The position numbers were made by a program, and so were the translations under genes. This document shows, piece by piece, positions 9,405 through 18,792 of a stretch of DNA of 64,000 bases. The stretch's first letter is position 1; every line of letters starts with the position of its first letter. The stretch is from Candidatus Levybacteria bacterium RIFCSPHIGHO2_01_FULL_41_15. Its GTDB lineage: Bacteria; Patescibacteriota; Microgenomatia; Levybacterales; UBA12049. The notes below the pieces were generated by a model. The model did no database searches, was not told the origin of the DNA, and saw nothing but the letters and a program-made list of their open reading frames with translations. Where the stretch lies: contig MFNV01000009.1 in NCBI GenBank assembly GCA_001782165.1, positions 56,123 through 120,122 on the forward strand, read 5' to 3'.

Positions 9405-10870
9405 AGTTTCTGTCAAAAGCTGAAAAGAGCAAAGATTTTTGGTTTATTTTAATAACCTCAATCTTCTTTTTTATCCTGAGATTCCCCTCCCTTTTTGAGC
9501 CATACTGGTACGGAGACGAGGGAATATATCATGTCTTAGGACTTGGGATAAGACATGGGAGAGTTCTCTACGCAGGTATCTGGGATAATAAACCTCCTCT
9601 TCTTTATTTGATCTATGGTCTTTTCTCTTCGGATCAATTTTACATAAGGCTTTTCTCCCTTATCTTCGGAATTTTATCGACAGTTGTGTTTTTCTTTCTT
9701 GCCAAAAAACTTTTCTACAATGGGAAAGAACACAGCAAGGCTGTCTATTGGTCTTGTGGAGTTTTTGCTCTTCTTTTTGCTCTCCCGCTTCTTGAAGGAA
9801 ATATTGCAAACGCAGAAAATTTTATGCTTCTCCCTATACTTCTTGCCGCGCTTATTATCTTAAAAGATAAAATTAAATCCTCGACTCTTTTTCTGTCAGG
9901 AGTTTTAATTGGAATTGCCTTCCTCTTTAAAATAGTAGGAATCTTTGATTTTGCTGCATTTTTTGCATTCCTTTTTATCCTAAGTCTCCCAAGAAAAATA
10001 GCAAATTTTAAAAAGGTTGTTATAAATTCCGCAGTCAGCCTCTTTCCTTTTATCTTAGGGTTTATCTCCCTTTTTGTTTTAACTTCCCTGTTCTTTCTCG
10101 GAGACGCATTTAAATTTTTCCTGCAAGCCGTATTCGTTCAAAATGTCGGATATGTCGGGTATGGCAATAAATTTCTCATTCCACAAGGACTTTTAATTTT
10201 CAAATTGGTCATTCTCTCCGTCTTCCTGTTTTATCTCTTTATAAAAAGGGGGAATTTTACAAAAACAGCGCTTTTTATCCTTATCTGGTTTTCTTTTTCT
10301 TTATTCAACGCTCTTTTCTCCCAAAGACCCTACACCCACTATCTTTTGGTGCTTATCCCAAGTCTTTCTCTTCTGGTTGGCCTCCTGATTTTTGAGAAAA
10401 AAAATCAAACCATTCCTCTGTCTCTGTTTGTCTTATCACTTTTCTTTATTATTACAAACTTCAATCTTTATGGAAAAACTCCTTTTTACTATCAAAACTT
10501 TTTGTCCTTTATTTTGGGCAGAAAAAGTGTAAGTTCATATAGAGAATTCTTCGACAGAAAAACGTCAAACGATTATGAAATCGCACAGTATGTTAATGCA
10601 AAAACCAGAAAAAATGACCAGATTTTTATTTGGGGCAATAATGCCCAAGTTTACAAACTTACTGATAGACTTCCTCCCGGCAGATATACTGTGGCATATC
10701 ATATAACAGGCTTTAATGATGGGTACAAAAATACCGAAGGTGCTTTAATGAAAGTAAAACCAAGATTCATAATTATTATGGACGGGCAACCGGTTTTTCC
10801 ATTTTCTCTATCTTCATATCAACCAGCGATGAAAATTGGCAGAGGATCTATCTATGAGAGGATTTTTTGA
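9401..10870 (+). CDS. GT-C fold membrane glycosyltransferase (ArnT/PMT-like)
   Basis: About 12 TM segments, with a 'YWYGDEGIY' acidic motif in the first extracytoplasmic loop as in GT-C enzymes. Confidence 0.55.
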   Translation: MKFLSKAEKSKDFWFILITSIFFFILRFPSLFEPYWYGDEGIYHVLGLGIRHGRVLYAGIWDNKPPLLYLIYGLFSSDQFYIRLFSLIFGILSTVVFFFLAKKLFYNGKEHSKAVYWSCGVFALLFALPLLEGNIANAENFMLLPILLAALIILKDKIKSSTLFLSGVLIGIAFLFKIVGIFDFAAFFAFLFILSLPRKIANFKKVVINSAVSLFPFILGFISLFVLTSLFFLGDAFKFFLQAVFVQNVGYVGYGNKFLIPQGLLIFKLVILSVFLFYLFIKRGNFTKTALFILIWFSFSLFNALFSQRPYTHYLLVLIPSLSLLVGLLIFEKKNQTIPLSLFVLSLFFIITNFNLYGKTPFYYQNFLSFILGRKSVSSYREFFDRKTSNDYEIAQYVNAKTRKNDQIFIWGNNAQVYKLTDRLPPGRYTVAYHITGFNDGYKNTEGALMKVKPRFIIIMDGQPVFPFSLSSYQPAMKIGRGSIYERIF

Positions 10871-11207
10871 TGAAGCGGGGAAAGATAAAATTATAACAGG
10901 AGGCTTTTTAATAACCTTCTTTTTGATTTTACTTAGTTTTTCCTATATATTGATTAATTTAAGCTCAATCCCTTCCTATATTCCCCTTTTTAATCAGCTC
11001 CCTTGGGGAGAAGAAAGACTCGGAACGACATTTATGATTTTTTTGCCGACAGGCGGAGTATTATTAATTTCTTTCGTAAATCTTGTTGTTTCTGTCTTTA
11101 TATATTCTAAATCTCAAATGATTGCACGGATGCTTGCAATAACGAGTCTCCTAATCGCTTTTCTTTCTTTTATTTTTATTGTGCGTACAATTAATCTTAT
11201 TACCTAA
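10836..11207 (+). CDS. Small membrane protein, unknown function
   Basis: Hydrophobic 123-aa ORF inside the glycosylation cluster. Overlaps its neighbours by a few bp. Confidence 0.35.
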   Translation: MAEDLSMRGFFDEAGKDKIITGGFLITFFLILLSFSYILINLSSIPSYIPLFNQLPWGEERLGTTFMIFLPTGGVLLISFVNLVVSVFIYSKSQMIARMLAITSLLIAFLSFIFIVRTINLIT

Positions 11208-12274
11208 TGTTTACAAATATAATATTGTTGCCGCTTTTGATTACTTTTATTTCTGTAATATTTTTGACTCCCCTGTCTATAAGCTTTATAAAAAAATTGG
11301 GGCTTATAGACGATCCACGAAAACACAAACATCCTGCAGTAATTCACAAAAAACCCATTCCAAGAGGCGGAGGAATACCTCTTTACCTTGGTGCTTTAAT
11401 TGGGGCTCTTCTTTTTCTCCCAGCTACAAAAGAAGTTGTTTTACTTTTTACAGCAGGGCTGATTGCTCTTTCTGTGGGAATTCTTGACGACAAATTTGAT
11501 CTTTCGCCTTACTTTCGTTTTATTTTTAATATTATTTCGGCTTTAATTGTTGTGGGGGCCGGGATTTCAATACCCTTCGTAACAAATCCATTGGGAGGGA
11601 TTTTTTATCTTGACTCCCTTAGGTTTTCTTTGGATTTTTTAAATATGACCGTTGCTCTTTCAGATGTTATTGCTCTTATCTGGTTAATTTGGGTTATGAA
11701 TATGCTTAACTGGAGTAAGGGCGTGGATGGACAAATGCCAGGAATTATAGGAATATCGGCAGCGGTTATTGGAATTTTAAGCCTTAGATTTCCTGTTGTA
11801 GATCAGACAAATCTTATAACTGCAAAACTTTCTTTTATTTTGTCAGGAGCCGCTTTTGGTTTTCTTATTTTTAATTTTTATCCTGCCAAAATTTTTCCGG
11901 GATACGGAGCGACATCTATTTATCTCATGCTTGGCGCTGTTTCAATTCTTTCAAGCGCCAAACTTGCAACTGCCATTTTGGTAATGGGTGTCCCCATGAT
12001 TGATGGGGCTGTAACTATAATAAGAAGAATTTTAAGCAGGAAGTCTCCTTTTTGGCATGACAGGAAACATCTCCACCATCTTCTTCTGGATGCCGGATTT
12101 GGACAAAGAAGAATTGCGTTGTTTTATTGGATTATTTCTGCTATATTGGGGTCCCTATCGCTTCTTTTATCAAGCAGAGGAAAACTTTTTGCAGTTGTGA
12201 TGGTAACAATTATAGTGGGGGGGATTTTGTTTTTTGTACATTTTGCTTTAAAAAAAGATGAGAATTCTCTATAA
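11207..12274 (+). CDS. MraY/WecA-family polyprenyl-phosphate N-acetylhexosamine-1-phosphate transferase
   Basis: 'GILDDKFDL' (DDxxD) and 'RKHLHHLLLD' (HHH-like) motifs. 10-11 TM helices. Confidence 0.78.
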   Translation: MFTNIILLPLLITFISVIFLTPLSISFIKKLGLIDDPRKHKHPAVIHKKPIPRGGGIPLYLGALIGALLFLPATKEVVLLFTAGLIALSVGILDDKFDLSPYFRFIFNIISALIVVGAGISIPFVTNPLGGIFYLDSLRFSLDFLNMTVALSDVIALIWLIWVMNMLNWSKGVDGQMPGIIGISAAVIGILSLRFPVVDQTNLITAKLSFILSGAAFGFLIFNFYPAKIFPGYGATSIYLMLGAVSILSSAKLATAILVMGVPMIDGAVTIIRRILSRKSPFWHDRKHLHHLLLDAGFGQRRIALFYWIISAILGSLSLLLSSRGKLFAVVMVTIIVGGILFFVHFALKKDENSL

Positions 12275-13199
12275 CATTCTAAGACTTATAAGACCAAGAC
12301 AGTGGATCAAAAATCTTGCCATTTTTGCAGCCATAACCTTCTCCGGAGAATTATTTAATATCCCTGTTTTGACTAATGTTGCTCTCGGATTTCTCGTTCT
12401 TTGTGCTGTTTCCTCTGCAACATATATAGTTAACGATTTCTTTGACATCAAAAGCGACAGGCTCCACCCCTTCAAAAAAGGAAGGCCTCTTGCCCATAAA
12501 GATGTGCCCGTGTCTTTGGCTCTTCTTCTTGCCGGACTTCTTATTTTTGCGTCTTTCTATCTTGCTCTTAAGGTAACAACTGCTTTTCTTATCGTCATTA
12601 TAATTTACTTAATTATTCAAATCTTTTATTCTGTTCTTTTAAAATCGATTGCGGTTTTGGATATTCTTGTAATTGCCTCAGGCTACATACTAAGAGTATA
12701 TGCAGGAGAATTTGCATCAGGATTTCATATCTCTGTTTGGCTTCTTCTCACCGTTATATCGCTTTCTCTGTTTCTGGCTGTTGGCAAAAGAAGATCTGAG
12801 CTTACCTTGGTTTCTCAAGTAAAAGATGTCAATATCGCAAATATTCGAAAATCTCTTTCTCATTATTCGGAGCGTCTTCTTGATGTTTATGCCACAGTTT
12901 TTGCCACCGCGACTTTTGTTTTTTATTCACTTTTCACATTTTTAGAGAATCCGAAAGGATTTCAATTGGGATTAAACATTCTTATTCCGGATTTTCTTCC
13001 AACTTTTTTTTACCGGAAATGGCTAATGATAACAATTATTCCTGTCATCTATGGTCTCATGCGATATATTCAAGATATATATGAAAAACATGAAGGAGAA
13101 AGCCCCGAAAAAGTTCTTTTATCAGATAAGCCTCTTTTGGCAACAGTAATTTTCTGGGTGATTCTTGTTATCGGAATTATTTATTTTGTGAATCCCTAA
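12258..13199 (+). CDS. UbiA-family prenyltransferase (decaprenyl-phosphate phosphoribosyltransferase-like)
   Basis: 'NDFFDIKSDRLHP' is the UbiA NDxxDxxxD motif. Polytopic, and adjacent to the GT-C and WecA genes. Confidence 0.72.
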   Translation: MRILYNILRLIRPRQWIKNLAIFAAITFSGELFNIPVLTNVALGFLVLCAVSSATYIVNDFFDIKSDRLHPFKKGRPLAHKDVPVSLALLLAGLLIFASFYLALKVTTAFLIVIIIYLIIQIFYSVLLKSIAVLDILVIASGYILRVYAGEFASGFHISVWLLLTVISLSLFLAVGKRRSELTLVSQVKDVNIANIRKSLSHYSERLLDVYATVFATATFVFYSLFTFLENPKGFQLGLNILIPDFLPTFFYRKWLMITIIPVIYGLMRYIQDIYEKHEGESPEKVLLSDKPLLATVIFWVILVIGIIYFVNP

Positions 13200-13220
13200 A
13201 ATCAAATTTTTATAGGAACT

Positions 13221-13877
13221 ATGAAGCTACTTTTAACATCATCAGGGATTACGAATAAATCCATAAAAATAGCTTTATTGAAACTCCTTAAAAAACCTTT
13301 TAAAAAATCGAGTTTAACTTTTATTCCGACAGCCGCCAATGTTGAGACGGGAGATAAATCATGGTTAGTTGAAGATATGTATAACTTCAAGAAACTAGGC
13401 TTTGCATCTTTTGATGTGATAGATATTTCCGCAGTGCCAAAGAGCCTATGGCTACCTAGTTTTAAGAATGCGGATATTCTTGTTTTTGGAGGAGGTAATG
13501 TCAAATATTTACTTGAATGGATAAGAAAATCCGGTTTAATAAAATTGCTACCTAAGCTTCTCAAGAATAAAGTTTACGTCGGTATCAGCGCAGGGAGTAT
13601 GGCTGCCGCAAAGACTGTTTCTTTATCAAGCGCGGGGATATTATATTACGAGAAGAAAGGAAAACCAGAAAATATAGAAGGGCTGAGTTTGGTCAACTTT
13701 GAAATAAGACCTCACCTTAACTCCAAATGGTTTCCGAAAGTAAGATTAGATTATCTTGAAAAACTTACGAAAAATAGACCAGTCCAATTCTATGCCATAG
13801 ATGATGATACAGCAGTAAAAGTTGATGGAGATAAAATTGAAATAATCTCAGAAGGGTCTTGGAAAAGATTTAATTAG
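13221..13877 (+). CDS. Peptidase S51 (dipeptidase E / cyanophycinase-like)
   Basis: 'LLTSSGI…', 'ILVFGGGNVKYLL' and 'GISAGSM' (catalytic Ser in GxSAG). Confidence 0.72.
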   Translation: MKLLLTSSGITNKSIKIALLKLLKKPFKKSSLTFIPTAANVETGDKSWLVEDMYNFKKLGFASFDVIDISAVPKSLWLPSFKNADILVFGGGNVKYLLEWIRKSGLIKLLPKLLKNKVYVGISAGSMAAAKTVSLSSAGILYYEKKGKPENIEGLSLVNFEIRPHLNSKWFPKVRLDYLEKLTKNRPVQFYAIDDDTAVKVDGDKIEIISEGSWKRFN

Positions 13878-13882
13878 CATGC

Positions 13883-14704
13883 TTATTCTTTTTCTGCGTA
13901 TTGGGAGCTGACCCAGCCGGTTTTTCCACTTTCTAATTTTATTTTAAACCAACCCTCCCTCTCTTCAATAAGCTCAAAGGTTTGTCTGGGATTGACCCTG
14001 TCTATTTCCGCAGATAACAAAGAGCTATCTTCTCTCACTCTTAAGAATCCCGTAGGCGTTTCAAGAATTAGAATTTTCTGGACAGAAGGGGTTGGAGAAG
14101 CTGAAATGATAGGAAGAGACGATCCGCTTAAGTTTGGACTAACTCCTAGAGAAACGACTGCGTGAAGAGAAAAACCTTTAGAGGTTTTTATCCTTAAAAT
14201 CTTTTCTAAGTAACCATCTTTAATAAGTTTTAGTTCATGGTCGGATTCTGTAATATTTTTAAGAAGAAGCGGAGACTGACCGGCAAGATTGCTGTCAAGA
14301 ATTACATCTGCCTTATCAGGAAATGTAATAACCATAAGATCTGCTTGCCTTTTGCCAGTTTCCTCTAAGGTTATGAGAGAAGAGGAAGCACCATCTCCAA
14401 ATGTTCTATCAAGGACTGTAAGAACACCATTTTCTATCTTAACTTTTTCCTCAAAGGGTTTAAGCTCCCCCTCTTTCGGCACAAGTCTTATGCTATACTC
14501 TCCCATAGAAAACATCTCTTTGTTTTTACATCTGCATAAAGGAGTTTCTCCTATTAGCCTTCCGTTTAGGTAAACTTTGCTTTTTGGAGTTGAGGTTACC
14601 TGCAAAGCACCTTTACCTCCCCGTGGGTTAAGAACAAAGACCAGGCCGGCAAATAGAACAACAGCACCTATGAAAGGGAGAATATAAAGAATTAATTTCC
14701 TCAT
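13883..14704 (-). CDS. Membrane-anchored PEGA-domain protein with C-terminal bacterial SH3-like domain
   Basis: N-terminal TM, 'VTSTPKSKVYLNGRLIGETP' PEGA-like motif, and a C-terminal '…GWFKIKLESGKTGWVSSQY' SH3b-like segment. Confidence 0.5.
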   Translation of the reverse strand: MRKLILYILPFIGAVVLFAGLVFVLNPRGGKGALQVTSTPKSKVYLNGRLIGETPLCRCKNKEMFSMGEYSIRLVPKEGELKPFEEKVKIENGVLTVLDRTFGDGASSSLITLEETGKRQADLMVITFPDKADVILDSNLAGQSPLLLKNITESDHELKLIKDGYLEKILRIKTSKGFSLHAVVSLGVSPNLSGSSLPIISASPTPSVQKILILETPTGFLRVREDSSLLSAEIDRVNPRQTFELIEEREGWFKIKLESGKTGWVSSQYAEKE

Positions 14705-14795
14705 AGGAGATAAAAATCATTATAGCAGAACAAGGGTTTTTCGAGGGACTATTTTATTTAAACTAATCGCTAATTGCTAGTTGCTAATGGCTAAC

Positions 14796-16439
<1,644 letters not shown>

Positions 16440-16469
16440 TTAAATCAATTTTAAATTTTAAATTCCTTG

Positions 16470-16769
16470 CTATTCTAAAATAGCAAGGATGTCTTTCTGC
16501 TCGACAATTGTCCATTCCTCATTACCAACCTTAACATCAGATCCGCCCCATTTTTTATACATAACTTTTTGTCCAACTTTAACCGTCATTGGGATAAGTT
16601 TTCTCTCATCGTCTCTTGCTCCTTCGCCGACAGCCATGATCTTGCCTGTTTGGGGTTTTTCCTTTGCGGTATCTGGAAGAATTATACCGCTTGCGGTTTT
16701 ATCCTCTGTCTCAAGCGGTTTTATAAGAACATTGTCAAAAAGCGGTTTTATTTTTATTTTACTTGCCAT
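16470..16769 (-). CDS. groES: Co-chaperonin GroES
   Basis: 99 aa, 'IKPLFDNVLIKPLE…'. Lies upstream of groEL. Confidence 0.95.
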   Translation of the reverse strand: MASKIKIKPLFDNVLIKPLETEDKTASGIILPDTAKEKPQTGKIMAVGEGARDDERKLIPMTVKVGQKVMYKKWGGSDVKVGNEEWTIVEQKDILAILE

Positions 16770-16835
16770 AACTAAAAATTACTGACCAAAAAAACCTGCC
16801 CGCCATCGGCATTTGCCGAAGGCATTGCAGGCGGG

Positions 16836-16862
16836 TATCACTTGATAAAAGTGATTGCTAAA
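16836..16862 (-). promoter_or_regulatory. Degenerate CIRCE-like operator in the groESL leader
   Basis: Minus strand TTAGCAATC-ACTTTTATC-AAGTGATA, placed immediately downstream of a TTGACA-N17-TATAAAT promoter. Confidence 0.5.
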
Positions 16863-16891
16863 TTTATACAACAAAATGCTTTTTGTGTCAA
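16862..16891 (-). promoter_or_regulatory. groESL sigma-70-type promoter (TTGACA-17-TATAAAT)
   Basis: The reverse complement of plus 16886-16891 is TTGACA, followed by a 17-nt spacer, and the reverse complement of plus 16862-16868 is TATAAAT. Confidence 0.55.
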
Positions 16892-16912
16892 TAACCTATA
16901 GTATAGCACCCT

Positions 16913-17941
16913 TCAGTCGCTCTTCAAAAATTGTAATTCCTTTTTTATTTTTTGGGTCAGTCTATAACTATCTGCGTGATTTAGAAAGCCTAAATAAGCT
17001 GCTATGCTTTGATTAAGCGAGTACTGTAAAATTTTGCCACTCCTGAAATCTTCAATCTTATTTTCTATCTTTTTAAATATTCTATTTCTGGTTTTTGTAC
17101 AAGGCAGAATATGATGTGGTAAAACTATGTATCCTAAGAAATCAATTCCCTGGTTATATTTTCTAATTATTATTTTCTTTGAATGTAAGTCAAGGTTAAG
17201 ATTGTCTCTTAGAAACATTGTAATTATACTAATATACTTGGACAATTTTTTTAAATCTGGATCTAGAATTATAAAATCATCTGCATAACGAATATAATAT
17301 TTAACCTTTAATTTTTGTTTCACAAATTGATCTAGCTCATTAAGATATATATTTGCAAAAAGCTGACTTGTGAGATTTCCTATGGGAATTCCTCTTTCCT
17401 TTGAAAAACTCTTTAGAATATTTTCTAAAAGCCAAGTGAGATTCCCATCTTTTATTTTTCTTTTTATAATCGAAAGAAGAATTGCGTGATCAACGCTTTC
17501 AAAAAACTTTTTAATGTCAAGTTTTAAGACAAAGCAATCTTGTTTGTAATTCTTACTTACTTTCCTTATTAATTTGGAGAGTCTTTTAACAGCTCTGTGA
17601 GTTCCTTTATTAAGTCTGCAGGAATAAGAATCGTAGATAAAAATCTGATCAAAAATAGGTTCAAGGATAGATACTATAGCATGGTGAACTATTCTATCGC
17701 GCACTTGCGCTTTATGGATATGGCGGAATTTAGGATCGTAAATGTTAAAAGCCGTATATTTACCATGTCTGTAATTCCCGCTTTTTAATTTTTTATGAAG
17801 TCCAAAAAGATTATCCTCAAGATTTATTTCAAAAAATCGTACATCTTTCTTTCTTCTTTTGTCTTTCTTAAATTCATCCCATGCTTGAAATAAATTTTCT
17901 ATTGATATAATCTTTAGATAGAGGGTATGAAAAACTTTCAC
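16913..17941 (-). CDS. DGR reverse transcriptase
   Basis: RT motifs 'RDRIVHHAI', 'FVLKLDIKKFFESVDH', 'GIPIGNLTSQLFANIYLNELD' (IGxxxSQ, DGR-specific rather than QGxxxSP) and 'YIRYADDFIIL' (YADD). 342 aa. Confidence 0.85.
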   Translation of the reverse strand: MKVFHTLYLKIISIENLFQAWDEFKKDKRRKKDVRFFEINLEDNLFGLHKKLKSGNYRHGKYTAFNIYDPKFRHIHKAQVRDRIVHHAIVSILEPIFDQIFIYDSYSCRLNKGTHRAVKRLSKLIRKVSKNYKQDCFVLKLDIKKFFESVDHAILLSIIKRKIKDGNLTWLLENILKSFSKERGIPIGNLTSQLFANIYLNELDQFVKQKLKVKYYIRYADDFIILDPDLKKLSKYISIITMFLRDNLNLDLHSKKIIIRKYNQGIDFLGYIVLPHHILPCTKTRNRIFKKIENKIEDFRSGKILQYSLNQSIAAYLGFLNHADSYRLTQKIKKELQFLKSD

Positions 17942-17953
17942 GGCACAAAATTA

Positions 17954-17988
17954 GGACAGGACAGGACAGGACAGGACAGGACAGGACA
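17954..17988. repeat. (GGACA)x7 pentanucleotide microsatellite in the divergent RT/avd promoter region
   Basis: Seven perfect tandem copies, 13-47 nt upstream of the RT start codon. Confidence 0.9.
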
Positions 17989-18041
17989 GTAGTGAGTTTA
18001 ACATACCAATTTTCCAGAAACTTTACGATTTCTACAAATTA

Positions 18042-18332
18042 TTGTACCAATATTTAAAACTGTTTCCTCAGAAAGACCGTTATACTCTCGGGCAGAAAAT
18101 AGATAATCTTTCATTAACAATTTTTGAGATGGTAATTACGGCAGGGGCAATATCAAAAGAAAAAAAGCTTCCATATCTTGAAAAATCCATAGCTACATTA
18201 AATCTCCTGAAAATACTTATAAGACTTGCGAAGGATGTTAGGGCTTTGGACAATAAAAAATATTTAGAACTTCAAGAAAACCTCCAAGAAATTGGAAAAA
18301 TGCTTGGAGGATGGAAAAAATCTCTCCTATAA
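18042..18332 (+). CDS. avd: Accessory variability determinant (Avd-like four-helix-bundle protein)
   Basis: 96 aa with a TTG start. Segments 'LFPQKDRYTLGQKIDNLSLTIFEMVITAG' and '…LQEIGKMLGGWKKSL' parallel Bordetella phage bAvd ('…IAQSIPRKHGVAREMFL…VGRILGSWI'). Divergent to the RT. Confidence 0.65.
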   Translation: MYQYLKLFPQKDRYTLGQKIDNLSLTIFEMVITAGAISKEKKLPYLEKSIATLNLLKILIRLAKDVRALDNKKYLELQENLQEIGKMLGGWKKSLL

Positions 18333-18348
18333 ATAAGGAGATGCAAGG

Positions 18349-18475
18349 CACTTCCTCAGAGCGACCGCCCCAATTCGGATTGTGATTCTGCGGATTCAGA
18401 TCCCGATTGACATTCAGGTTGCCATTCGGATTGCAGTTGGCATTGACCACCTTACCGTCATTGCGCGACCCCAGC
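18349..18475 (-). repeat. DGR template repeat (TR); adenine-bearing strand is the minus strand
   Basis: 127 nt, identical to the VR except at 15 positions, all of which are T on the plus strand (A on the minus strand) in this copy. Its minus-strand translation is Asn-rich (NANCNPNGNLNVN…, AAY codons). Confidence 0.85.
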
Positions 18476-18792
18476 TTTGTTTTGTCCTATGCCATCTTTC
18501 TTTATCACCATGGTTTTTCTTTTAAATGGAATCACCATTGAATTTTATCTGGAAGAAGTCCCGATTTAATCGGAGACACCTTCACCAGCACAGAACAAGA
18601 AGTGTCTTGCTTTTCTTGCGTACTCTTTCAAAAACCTTAATTTTTGAAATTCTGACACAGAGTTGAAAAACAACAATTTCGGCGATCCCAATCCTTGAAT
18701 CGGGATTCATTAACCTACTCTCTTTGCTATAATAGCAGAAAAATAAAAAGTTTAAAAAATTTAAGAAGAATAAAGTATTAAAGGATTAAGTT

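Noticed and set aside
18238-18450. ORF 18238..18450 (-), 70 aa, 'MVNANCNPNGNLNVN…'
   Set aside because: It is the translation of the DGR template repeat itself (Asn-rich AAY codons), not an independent gene.
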